Below, in pieces: positions 51,867-63,672 of a DNA stretch of 64,000 nucleotides. The first letter of the stretch is position 1. Each line of letters opens with the position of its first letter. The notes beneath the pieces were generated by a model. It did not search any database, was not told where the DNA came from, and saw only the letters and a program-made list of their open reading frames with translations. This DNA is from Octopus bimaculoides (Eukaryota), in the NCBI RefSeq assembly GCF_001194135.2, contig NC_069000.1, positions 6,932,899 to 6,996,898 on the forward strand, given 5' to 3'. The position numbers were made by a program, and so were the translations under genes.

Positions 51867-52036
51867 ATGTTTTCCCGATTCAGGAAGCCGTCTGTCATTG
51901 AGCCTGAAAAACCAATGGCAATTTCATCTCCTTATAATGTGAAACAAAATTTCCACGTTGGGTTTGATAATGAAACCAAACTGTTTGTCGGGATGCCACC
52001 AACATGGCAGGCTCTCCTCAGTAAATCTGATATCAC
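51867..52036 (+). CDS. PAK: PAK coding exon 1 (CRIB/PBD and start of autoinhibitory domain)
   Basis: Acceptor ttttccag| at 51838/9; ATG in context gcaaacATG at 51867; [57 protein letters not shown]; donor ac|gtaagt (phase 2). The frame is also open from the acceptor to the ATG, so an upstream extension is not excluded. Confidence 0.9.
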
Positions 52037-52496
52037 GTAAGTTTTTCTTCCTCTTTAACATCTCCATTACATTCTTCCTGGTTATGTATCACCTTCCTTT
52101 CTTTTCTGACTGGGCTATCCATGTATCTACATGTGCTTTAATCTAATTAAAACACAAATCATTATTGTCATGAAATTCCAGATTGATCTTGATCCAGCAG
52201 AGACATTCTAGCTGTGACCATCCCCTCTTGTATTCAAATGCAGTGTATCTACAACTACTTTGTCTACTATATCCTTCCTTCTTTTTATTATATTAATGTT
52301 ATTTGTAAAAGATTTGGCTGTTGTTTTTAGTGAATCAAATGACCACATAGAGAGGGTCTCTCTGCAGCTCAGAAGTGAGTCATTGAATCAAATAGACATG
52401 GAAACATTTGTAATATTGATTTTTGGTAATGTCACTTTAGTTTGATACAAATTTCTGTGGCAATTTATTTGGGTGGAAACCAAATGAATTAATTTG

Positions 52497-52531
<35 letters not shown>

Positions 52532-52904
52532 CTTCAGGACCAAAGAACAGGAAGAAAATCCAGATGCTGTAATAACAGCACTAAAAACGTTCCAGAAATC
52601 TATTAAGCGGAAACCATCAGATATAAAGATTATGGTAGTGGCGTCAAACATCAGACAGTCAGATGATGAGATTGATAATATTTCACCGGATGAATGTAAT
52701 AAAGAGGTAAATATAGAAACCAGTGTTTCTCAACCTGGGTTCCCCAAAAGGTTTCTAGGGGTTCCACAAGAAAGAGTGAGATAAGCTAATGTTAAGTTCA
52801 TGATCATAATATTACTATACATGTACAACATATTATTGTTTAGTGTAATATTGTAATATAGACCTCATCCTAGCTAACCTATGTTATCAAAAAATATAAC
52901 AACC

Positions 52905-52939
<35 letters not shown>

Positions 52940-53058
52940 CAGGGTTTCCACAAAGTCTGGGTACATGGAGTAAATAAAATAACATAAATGATTAAATATA
53001 AAAAATAATAATTTCTTAAAGTATGTGTTAATCCCCATGTACTCAGACTTTGTGGACA

Positions 53059-53098
<40 letters not shown>

Positions 53099-56000
53099 AT
53101 GTGAACTACGATGAAAAAAATGAGAAAGATATGGTATATAATTTTTTTTGTGCGGGGTTTCCTTGAGACATGTAATTTATTTTAAGGGTTACACAAGGGT
53201 AAAAAGGTTTAGAAACACTGATATAAACTTTCTTTCACACACACACACACACACACACATCTTTGTTGCCTTCCTCATGACATTATCATTTACTTGTGTC
53301 AGTCATTGGACTGTTAAACCCAACACTATTATTTGACCATATTTGCTTGCGGAATTTTGTGTTTAATGATTATTCTGGTATAGCTTTCATTGTACCATTT
53401 TTGATTCCAGGACACAGACACACAAAAGGGTAATGATTGTTTTGATGGTGTCGTTGAAGAAAGGGTCAAAGATAACAGTGAGGAAGATGTCATAACTCGA
53501 CGGAAGAAAGAGGATCGCACAAAGACCATGTCTGATGAAGAAGTTCGGAAAGCACTTGGTAAATAATCTTTAAAGGACGTTGTATCAACAATCCCCCACT
53601 TCTCTTTTTCTGTGTGTGTTATCATCATTTTAATGTCCACTTTTCTATCCTTGCATGGGTCTGATGGAATTTGTTGAGACAGATTTTCAACAACCAGATT
53701 CCATTCCTGTTGCCAACCCTCACCTCCTGTTTCAATGCACAGAAGACTGCAGACATCATTTGTGACAGTGATGTTTATTTTACAGTCATGAGATGTCAAG
53801 ACAAGGATACACAAAAACTCAGGCACACGTGCACACACGACAGGTTTCACTTTCCATCTACCAAATCCACCTACAATGCTGTGGTCAGCCTGGAGCTACA
53901 GTAGAAGTCACTTTCACATGGTGCCACACAGTGGGACTGAACTTGAAACTACTTGATTGGGAAACAAGCTTCTCAGTTGCATAGTCATGCTTGTGTGTGT
54001 GTGTTTATGTTCCACTGTAAACATGATAACTTGTTTATAGAATTAACACTAAGCCTTACTGAAATATTTGTTTTTCTTCCTGTTCAGAATGTTTAATAAC
54101 ATATATAAATAAAATAATAATAAAGGTAAAAAGTAAAATAGTAATAATAATAATAATGAGATTATAATATACAGAGCCCAGGTGCATGACAAATTTTTAT
54201 AATTATTTGAATATTTTCATTGCAGAAGCTTTAGTGAACTCGGATAATCCTGAGGAAAAATATACTCTTGGAGCTGACTTGGGTGCCGGGTATGGAGACA
54301 TCGATTTTCTTTATTACTTACAGTTGTTGTTGTTGTTGTTGCTGCTCCCAAGCCAATCCTGACTGTATAAGATCAATAGCATGTAGGCAATAGATTTATG
54401 GATTAAGTAAGTAACCATGTATCTTCTCTACAGCAAGACACCTGTTCCTGATCTGGACATAAAGCCACCTTCCTCAAGCTCACTCCCCACTCCCTCAGTT
54501 AAGGGTGTCTTGTCTTGTGAATTACTTGGTGACCTTACTGCTGTTGATACCATGTAAAAGCATGGAAGACGGACATTAAACAATGATGACGATGATGAAT
54601 CAACATAATTTACAGAGTGACTCAAGTGCCAAGAGATTTATGCATTATAATGTAAGCTTCTGTCAAATCCACTTACAAGGCTTTGGTTGTCCTGGGGCTA
54701 TTGTAGAAGATACTTGCCCAAGGTGCCATGCAGTGGGACTGAACCTGGAACCATGTGGTTGAAAAGCAAGCTTCTTAACCTTTCAGCCACACTTGCACTT
54801 TTCTTATGCATGACTGGCAAATATTATTAGGAGTATGAGAACAAGTTAAAATATCAGGAAACATTTGATAAAGCACACCTTACATGCCATTCGTTTTTTG
54901 GTGTTTATCAGTGATAGTGTAGTAAAACTGATAAGACTTTAGATAATATCTTTTGTTGGGTTTGGTTTTGACTACATTATAAAAAATTTACCTGGGACAC
55001 CTTTGTTTTATCAACTCCACGACAGAAAATTCCAAAGCACTCTCATTTGGCATAACATAAATAGCAGTTAAATGCATCTTAAATCACACCTTACAGTCTT
55101 AAAAATTAAGGGAGACATTGAATGATGCTGACTTTGGCCATCCTGAGTGAGCTGACAGAATCATTAGCATTCCAAAAAAAATGCTTAGCATTTTTTACTG
55201 GTTCTTTATGTTCTGAGTTAGAATCCCATCGGGTCAATTTTGCCTGTCATTTTCTTTCTAGGTTTACAAAATAAGTACCAGTCATGTACTGGGTTTGATG
55301 TAATCAACCATCCCTCTCCTATTAAAAGTTGCTGGCCTTGTGCCATAATTTGAAACAAATATAGTTGTTGTTTTTCACTTATTTCTCTCTCTTTCTCTTT
55401 GTTCATTAGGGCATCTGGAGCGGTTTCTAAGGCAACTGATAAAAGTACGGGCAACGTAGTTGCTATAAAGAAGATGAATTTACATAATCAGCCGAAGAAG
55501 GAATTAATTATTACCGAAATTGAAGTTCTAAAAGAAGTCAGTCACCCAAATCTTGTAAACTTTCTGGATTGTTATCTTGTCGGAGAAAACCTGTGGGTTG
55601 TCATGGAATATCTGGACGGTGGAGCCCTCACCGATGTCGTAATGGAAACCGTTATGAACGAAGGTCAAATTGCTGCTGTGTGTCGGGAAACTCTACGAGG
55701 GCTTGATTATCTTCATCAACGAAATATTATTCACAGAGACATTAAAAGCGACAATGTCTTGCTCGGTTTGGACGGCCAAGTAAAACTCACTGATTTCGGG
55801 TTTTGTGCTCAATTAGCTGAAAATAATAGCCAACGACACACTATGGTCGGTACCCCTTATTGGATGGCACCAGAAGTCGTTTCTCGGTAACTCTTTCTTT
55901 ACATTTTATTTCATCTCACTCTCTCTCTCTTTCTCCACATTCTTTCTACCTGTTTCTCTATCCCTCCTTTCTATTCCATTTTCTCTTCCATATCTCCCCT

Positions 56001-56432
56001 TTCTCTTTTATGCCTGTCTCTCTCCTCTTTATCTCTCCTTTCTCCCCTCTCTCTCTCCCTCTCCCCTTTCTCTTTTCTCTCTCCTATCTCACTATATCTC
56101 TCCATTTCTCCCTCTCTTATTTCTTCTTTATCCCTGCATGGATATCCACAATCTACTGAGCTGCTGTTTGCCTCCACTTTCTGTACTAGTGGCACTGGTT
56201 TTCTTCACTGTAGTTTAGCTGTGATCTAGTTGCTTAACTTCAGTGATCAGATGAGAACTGGAGCATTCCACATTAGATTCAAACTCTTGGATGGAAAAAG
56301 TGGAAGCTTCTAAAATGGATAGAAAAATTCAAAGGACTGCTTTGGCCCAATAGTAGAAGCCATACCATATTTACAGATGTGCATTCAAGTCCATGAGCAG
56401 CCTTCAACTTTTTTAAACCATGTCATCAACAA

Positions 56433-56485
<53 letters not shown>

Positions 56486-57236
56486 TATACTATTTTATAT
56501 AGAGATTATTAACATTAACAATACTCAGAAACAGGTTAGAATCGAAGTGCTCAAATTGAGCTAAGTTGAATGGGTGTGGTCTCTGCTGGCGAAACGGATG
56601 TTTCCCAAGTTCACTAGTTTCGGTGGATGGGAAACCTGGTTGAATCGAAGATCGAAGTTGGGTACATGGTATACGGAGTGTTGCAAGGCACTCCTGCTAT
56701 TCCGTCGCTTGGGCAATGCCTGCGGTGGGGGTTCCGCCGCATTCTTCTATAGAGGGCTTGTTTTCCATCTCTCACCTGTAATGTTACCTTTGATCTGTTA
56801 AATATTTGTTGCATGCACACACACATACATCACCCACACATCTCTCTCTCCCATACTCGCACACATATGTATATTCAATTCATTTATTGTTATTTGTAAT
56901 TGTTTTAGGAAACCATACGGAAACAAAGTGGATATCTGGAGTCTTGGAATCATGATTATTGAAATGTTGGAGGGAGAACCCCCTTACCTCTCAGAAAGGC
57001 CTCTCAAAGCAATCTTCATGATTGCTAAATATGGTAAACCTGAAATCAAAAAGGAGGATTCTTTGTCCCCAGTTTTAAAAGACTTTATTTACAAATGTCT
57101 TGAAGTTGAAGTAGAAACCCGAGCATCCGCACAGGATCTTCTCCGTCATAAATTTCTCTCAAATTGTAAGCCTCTATCCTCACTCAAACCACTCATTCTC
57201 GCTGCACGTGAAGTTCGAGGTCTAGCATCAAAATAA
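51867..57236 (+). CDS. PAK: Group I p21-activated Ser/Thr kinase (Ste20/PAK), six coding exons, 451 aa; probably the invertebrate Pak3/MAX-2-like clade
   Basis: Exons 51867-52036, 52538-52706, 53411-53558, 54226-54289, 55410-55886 and 56909-57236 join in frame (170+169+148+64+477+328=1356 nt) with GT-AG introns. The product has CRIB/AID, MSDEE, GxGxx[28 protein letters not shown] and the C-terminal [12 protein letters not shown] motif. Clade assignment rests on recalled similarity ([25 protein letters not shown]). Confidence 0.95.
52538..52706 (+). CDS. PAK: PAK coding exon 2 (rest of autoinhibitory domain, acidic linker)
   Basis: 34-nt poly-T tract (52498-52531) then cag|; [18 protein letters not shown] matches the PAK EQKKNPQAVLDVL helix; donor gag|gtaaat (phase 0). 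Confidence 0.88.
52721..53220. mobile_element. hAT-type MITE in PAK intron 2
   Basis: TIRs cagtgtttctcaacc / ggtttagaaacactg; TSD atagaaac / atataaac (7/8). Confidence 0.85.
52940..53063. mobile_element. Tc1/mariner-type MITE nested in the hAT MITE
   Basis: cagggtttccacaaagtctgggtacatgg versus ccatgtactcagactttgtggacacc (inverted, 2 mismatches over 26 bp); (TA)n flanks. Confidence 0.8.
53411..53558 (+). CDS. PAK: PAK coding exon 3 (linker to MSDEE)
   Basis: ttccag|GAC...; [49 protein letters not shown]; donor g|gtaaat (phase 1). Not in the ORF track; read by hand. Confidence 0.85.
54226..54289 (+). CDS. PAK: PAK coding exon 4 (start of kinase domain)
   Basis: ttgcag|aa; (E)[21 protein letters not shown]; donor gg|gtatgg (phase 2). 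Equivalent to PAK1 [20 protein letters not shown]. Confidence 0.88.
55410..55886 (+). CDS. PAK: PAK coding exon 5 (kinase subdomains I-VIII)
   Basis: ttcattag|g; [22 protein letters not shown]...HRDIKSDN...DFGFCAQ...[16 protein letters not shown]; donor cg|gtaact (phase 2). Confidence 0.97.
56229..56272 (-). pseudogene. 5S rRNA-derived fragment
   Basis: gttgcttaacttcagtgatcagatgagaactggag versus the reverse complement of a recalled invertebrate 5S consensus (gttgcttaacttcggtgatcggacgagaaccggtg): 30/35, and 4 of 5 differences are CpG transitions. Confidence 0.7.
56909..57236 (+). CDS. PAK: PAK coding exon 6 (kinase subdomains IX-XI and stop)
   Basis: gttttag|g; [27 protein letters not shown]...[19 protein letters not shown] then TAA. 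Confidence 0.96.
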
Positions 57237-58105
57237 CTGAAAAATTTCATAATTTTTTCATTTTTTTATTTACTATTTTTTTTTCTATTTTCTACAAAAA
57301 ATTTTTGACGTAATGGTTTAACTTTCATTTTTCACTGTCTTTATGTATTTTTCTCTCCTTGTTCTCAATATTTTCTTTTAAAATATTGACTCGGTGAGTC
57401 AGTACATGCGCTCAAAGAGTTTACTTATCTTGTCATTTACTAATTGTAGTGGTTCTCCTTTAATTGTCATTAATTGTTTCATAACTACCACACACATACA
57501 CACACCACTACCACCACCACCATTATCAATTTATTACTTTCACAATGATTGGCTAAAAATGCAATACATTAGTTCAGTAATGGTATTGTTTTCAACTTTT
57601 AATTTCTTAACCTACTCCAGTTAAATATTCTTACATCTAACCAAAATTTTGGGGTTTTTCATTTTCTCTGACATTATTTACACCAGAGTTCATCAATTTT
57701 CCTTTCAGGAAACAAAAGGTTTTGTTTTAAACACCTCTGCTCCTCTTTCTCTCATAATAATGTTATTGGATTGGTAGACATGACAGACACAAAGACTAAA
57801 TTATCTTAACTCTTTGCCTGTCCAAAGCATTTTCATAAGTTTGTTCTTAACGTTCATGCTTATTTTTATGCTTTTAGTTTGCCCTTCTCTCATACATTTT
57901 GAGTAATATCTGATGGTTGAAAAAAAAGGACAATTGAGAATGTTGATATTTACATGTACATCATCATTTTAACATCCACTTTGTAATGATGTAAGATAAT
58001 ACTTACCAGTTGGTAATGATGTAAGATGTTAATTTTATTTTTTTTCCAATAATTAAAATTGTCTTTAATAATGATTGTTCTGTTGTTGTTTGATATTTAC
58101 ATGTA

Positions 58106-58460
58106 CATCATCATTTTATCATCCACTTTTCCGTGCTTGCATGAGTTGGATGAAATTTGTTGAAGCAGACTTTCCATAGCCAGATGCTCTTCCAGATACC
58201 AACCCTCATTTGATTCCAAGTAAGATAATATTTCTCCATGACCAGACATGTTTTCATGGAAGATTGGAAACAGATGACACTCACTTGTAACTGTGATGCA
58301 ATGTCAAGGCAAGGAAACAGTAATACACACACACACACACACACACACAGAGGCTTTGGTTGGCCCAAATCCACAGTAGAAAACACCTGCTTAAAGTGCT
58401 ATGCAGTGGGACTGAACCCAAAACCATGTAGTTGGGAAGCAAACTTCTTACCACACAGTC
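58106..58460 (-). mobile_element. Chimeric SINE: family B head + (TG)n + RTE-like tail (tail 2)
   Basis: Minus strand: gtggtaagaagtttgcttccc...ggttcagtcccac...(tg)n...catgaaaacatgtctggtcatgg...gcaagcacggaaaagtggatgataaaatgatgatg. Same architecture at 30720-31305(-), 45400-45840(-), 53620-53985(-), 60516-60860(+) and 62365-62702(-). Confidence 0.75.
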
Positions 58461-59039
58461 ATTATATTTTAATCTATTTGATCAGCTTTCCTCATCAGAA
58501 GTCTTACTTCTGACCTCATATTAGTACTAGACTGGATTTGAACTAGGATCCTTTATTTCAAAACTAAGAGTAGAATCACTGACACGCGAGGTCATCTCAT
58601 TAATAGCAAGTCATCTTGGACATTCAGATATTTATAATTTATGTATCTAATTGATAATATAAACCATTTTCTGGATGGTAACAACTGAAGATAAAAGGTT
58701 TTAGATAAGTATATGAAACTAGTTTTTATTTTATCAAGATAAATGACAGTCACAAACGCCACCACGGGCACGATTTGTTTTCTTGTTTATGGGAACTAAT
58801 TATGGTTAGTCATTGTCTTGTTGACTAATTCCATTACAAATATATTCTTGAAAAATGTTTGAATCTCACACAATATCATTTCTTTATTATCATTCAAAAC
58901 CTCAGATCTGCAGAACATTATTGGGTGTGTGCATGCATACACAAACATTCTAGAATATTAAATTATTCTGGAGCTCCAACGTCCAGCAACTGACTTTGTT
59001 AGCACACACACAATTACTAACCATCATGCCTTTTTGAGC

Positions 59040-59540
59040 TCCATGTATCTAACACATGTGGGTATGCCTACAAAGTCAGAAAACAGCACAGCTCCCATGA
59101 CTTTTGGAAACATTTTTTTCACACTCAGAGTTGCTGAAGCATGGAACAAACTGCCTGCATCAGTTGTTAGCTGCTGTGACGTTGCATCCTTTAAAACCTC
59201 CATGCTTCATGAAATTTGCTAACACTACACCTGATACCTTNNNNNNNNNNNNNNNNNNNNNNNNNNNNNNNNNNNNNNNNNNNNNNNNNNNNNNNNNNNN
59301 NNNNNNNNNNNNNNNNNNNNNNNNNNNNNNNNNNNNNNNNNNNNNNNNNNNNNNNNNNNNNNNNNNNNNNNNNNNNNNNNNNNNNCCCCCCCCCCTCCAG
59401 ACACATGCACACATTTATATCATGACTCAGACACTGTTCACTTTCCTGACTTTGGTACATAATTCTCTGCACTGCACATGCACCTTTGATGAGTTGTGGT
59501 GCACCTGAGCACTGTACACAATAATTTCATTATTGTCTAT
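59040..59540 (+). mobile_element. CR1/L2-group LINE 3' fragment spanning gap 59241-59385
   Basis: FFTLRVAEAWNKLPASVVS...SFK is the typical CR1 ORF2 end; the presumed 3' UTR ends gcactgtacacaataatttcattatt. Confidence 0.7.
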
Positions 59541-60229
59541 TAAAGAAGTGGCTGTGTGGTAAGTAGCTTGCTTACCAACCACATGGTTCCGGGTTCAGTC
59601 CCACTGTGTGGCACCTTGGGCAAGTGTCTTCTACTATAGCCTCGGGCCAACCAAAGCCTTGTGAGTGGATTTGGTAGACAGAAACCAAAAGAAGCCCATC
59701 ATATATATGTGTGTGTGTATATGTTTGTGTTTTGAGAGTTAGTGTTGTGCCTGTATTGATCACAAGCAATACTGGAGACTTCTCAGATATATTTCCCAAT
59801 TTATGGGGTACCACTGTTATACTCTCTTGCTGCTGCTGATGATCCATTATCCGCTGGTTCCATAACAATTCCTTCCACATTACATTTCGTCATAACATTG
59901 CCAAAGTCTCCACTCAATCTATGAGAATTGTAAGGCAATATCAACATTTTCTTCTATGCAATTGCAACCACAGCTCAGTCAGCCCAACAAGACGAAGGGA
60001 AATAACTCAATACTGGTGTTTATATATATATATATATATATACAGACACACATTTACACACACCCGTGTGTGTGTGTGTGTGTGCAAGCATGGCTATGTG
60101 ATCAAGAAGGTTGCTTCCCAACTATGTAGTCTTAGGTTCAGTCCCACAGTGCAGCACCTATGGTAAGTGTCTTTGGGGCCTACCAAAGCCTTGTGAATGG
60201 ATTTCATAGATGGAAACTGAAAGCCTATC

Positions 60230-60304
<75 letters not shown>

Positions 60305-61789
60305 GTGGTACCTTCGTCTACAAATAATTTTTCAAACAATATGTATTGGGTGACTGTCTCAAGTAACAACACCGATGTCTGCAACAATGGTTGCGACAAG
60401 TTAGGAGTACTAGCAGGAGAGCATCAGTTACTGTCTAGCTTTCTCTTTACAACTTTGCTTGGACTGGCTAAAATAGCAAGTTTAGATTTCATTAATTTGG
60501 TAAAGGTTATTATAGGGGCAGGTGTGGCTGTGTGGTAAGAAGTTTGCTTCCCAACCACATAGTTTGGGCTCAAAACCTACTTCATGGCATATTACTGCAT
60601 TAACGAAAGCCTTGAGTGGAAACTGAAAGAAGCCCATCATATATATATGTGAGTATGTTTGTATTTTCTTGCCTTGATAGTTTAAAAATGATTATCATTG
60701 TCATACCAGCTGTATCATTCATATCTAATACATTGTGAAAATATGTCTGACCATGGTGAAATATTGCCTTGGAAACTGGTTGGGGTAGGCAACAGGAAAG
60801 GCATCCTCCTGTAGAAAAATCTGTCTCACCCATGCATGGAAAAGAGGATATTAAAATGATAAAAAAGATAAAAGCAACATTGATTTCGTTGGCATTAAGA
60901 CATCAGAACATAATGAGCCAGAAAATTACTATTTCTAAATCTCACAATGTGAGATAATCAGCAACAGTACTTTGTAGTAAAGATTGTTTGCCAACGTTAA
61001 CGCAGCAGTGCTCATGAAGGGAAATAACCCAGGAATCGCGATACACAGATATTGTTTTGAGCTGAGTGGGGGTGCTAGATTCCCTTGTTCGAAAATATAA
61101 GGACACTGATTATGTCGTATAGCCAGCTGGAGACGATGTCTACTGGGTCTAAATTACAGCAAGATTAGTCCTAAACCAGGACTGCCATGTTATGCTGGCA
61201 AACAATCTTTGCTACATAATGAGCCAGTTGACAATTTTTACTTATGTCCAATTCTGCCAATCCTCCACCTGTTAATAATTCTTTTTAGTTTTTGCACAAA
61301 GTCAGCTATTTTAAGAGGGGATAAGTCACGGCCACTGTGCTTAACTAGTTCTTTATTTTATCAATCCTTGGTGAGATTTGAACTCAGAATTTGAAACCAT
61401 TATTATTATTATAGCCCTACTGTAGACACAAGGCCTGAAATTTGGCAAAGTGGGGGGCTAGTCGATTACATTGACCCCAGTGCTTATTTTATCAACCCCT
61501 AAACGATGAAAGGTAAAGCCAGAAGGAGTTTTCAATGACATTGTGACAAGTTGTCCTTCCTCAATTAATACCAAAATTGTTAACACTTGAAATAGTTCGT
61601 CTATTAAACATGGAGTTATAGACGTGGGATACTCTACCCATGCTAAGCAAACACCGTTATCTCTCATACACAAGCTGCATACACTTGAGTTACTTTTTTT
61701 TTTTTTTCCTTTCCTTTTTTTCATTCTAATTTTGTTCTAATCTGTTTGGAAATTATAGTTTCCTACTGATTTGGCTGTGTATATGTATG

Positions 61790-61834
<45 letters not shown>

Positions 61835-61872
61835 TGCATGCATTTATGTATCTATTTTTGTATGTGAATATT

Positions 61873-61959
<87 letters not shown>

Positions 61960-62002
61960 ATGTATATAGATATATATATATATATATATTTATTTGTGTG
62001 TG

Positions 62003-62036
<34 letters not shown>

Positions 62037-62045
62037 TTGGGAGAG
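61790..62045. repeat. Compound (TA)n/(TG)n/(GA)n microsatellite
   Basis: Direct reading. Other long tracts: 16000-16063, 24040-24131, 25740-25790, 33073-33135, 36336-36397, 47056-47106 and 60230-60295. Confidence 0.95.
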
Positions 62046-63672
62046 AGATATACATGTTGTCACATTGCTTTGTAGCTTAGCAACAGTTATTTAGTTTGTT
62101 ACAGGACACCTGCCAATAGATGTTCAAATAACAACCACTTTGTAAACAGCACTCAATCTCGGTTTACAGCTCAGCAACTGCAAACGTCAGAGCTGTTTTA
62201 CTTCACTTTCTAAGTGGTTTATAGTATTGACTTGTTCACGAAAGGGAAGTCAAGATTAGGCCTCTTCAGTTGCTATGTTTAACAAATGGAGTTTACTGTT
62301 AAATCTGTTTGATGTTCTGATCTAAATTGGCTTTAAAGGAAGCATTTGATGTTCCGAGGCTGATTCATCATCATCATTGTTTAATGTCCACTTTCCCATG
62401 TTCAGATGGAGTTTGCTGAGGTAAATTTTCTACAGCTGGATGCCCTTCTTGTTGCCAACCTGCACTTGCTTCTATGTAAGGTAATATTCCTCCATGACCA
62501 GACATGTTTTCATGGAAGATTGGTAACAAAGGTCACCCCTTGCATGATGGTGACATTCATTTTCATCTATCACGAGATCAAAGCAAAAACACACACACAC
62601 ACACACACACATGGTGGGCTTCTTTCAGTTTCCGTCTTATCAAATCCACTAACAAAGCTTTGCTTGGCCCAGGGTGTCATGCAGTACAGCCACACCTGCA
62701 CCTATTGCATTAATTATAATTGACTTGAGAGATCATATGGGGAGCTGTTGTTTCACTCTGATTTCATGAAGTGAAACAGAAGTAAATCAACTCTTGGACA
62801 TCAGGCAATTTCAGATAACATTTTACATTTGACCCAATGCTTACTTCAGTGGCTGAATCATGTGGAATAGAAGGTTCTACACAGAACTACCACAGATCAA
62901 ATTAATCACCACCAACGTCAACACTATTAGCAATGAGAGGATCAAGGTTAATTTATGGCTAGGCAACACCTTCAATATTATTAGTAAATAGAGAATTAAA
63001 GTTGATTTAAGACTAAGCATCACAACCCTGAGTACCAACACTGTTCTGTAGCTCATAAGTGGTAATACTACTCAGTATAGTAGTTACCAATTATACAGGA
63101 AGCTGACAGAATTATGAAAAATCTATGTGGCACTATGAACTCAACAGGGGCAGTCATACATCTACTTGTACACATAATTTCCACTTTACATAGAAATACA
63201 CACACACACACACAATGGTTTCCAATTTAGGCAAGGCCAGCAGTTTTCAAGGGGATCCCAAGTGTTCTAACAATGCCGGAAGCCTTGCAATGGAATAGTC
63301 CATTTTCCTGCAACAAGGCTATAATTTTTTTTTTTTTTTTTTTTAATTTTTTCAATTAATTTAGCAAAGGTCTATGTTTACAACTGAAATGAATATTTTA
63401 AATATTTTATTTCTAGCCCCAACTTTCATTTGCTACAGAAATTTGAGTGTTTTTAAAATTTCAAAGAAATTTCTCTGGTTATTGCTGTAAAGTGAGATAG
63501 CTTTGAATTGATAATCTAACATGGAGTGATTTAGATCGGGAAATAATCATATCACATGAAGTTTATTACGCATGAAAGTAATAAGACATATTTACTATAG
63601 AGGTACAGGTGTGGCTGTGGTAAGAAATTTACTTCTCAGCCACATAGGTTTTGGGTTCAATCCCAATGTGGC

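Noticed and set aside
61771-62094. YI/CV/HT-repeat ORFs here and elsewhere
   Set aside because: Translations of dinucleotide microsatellites.
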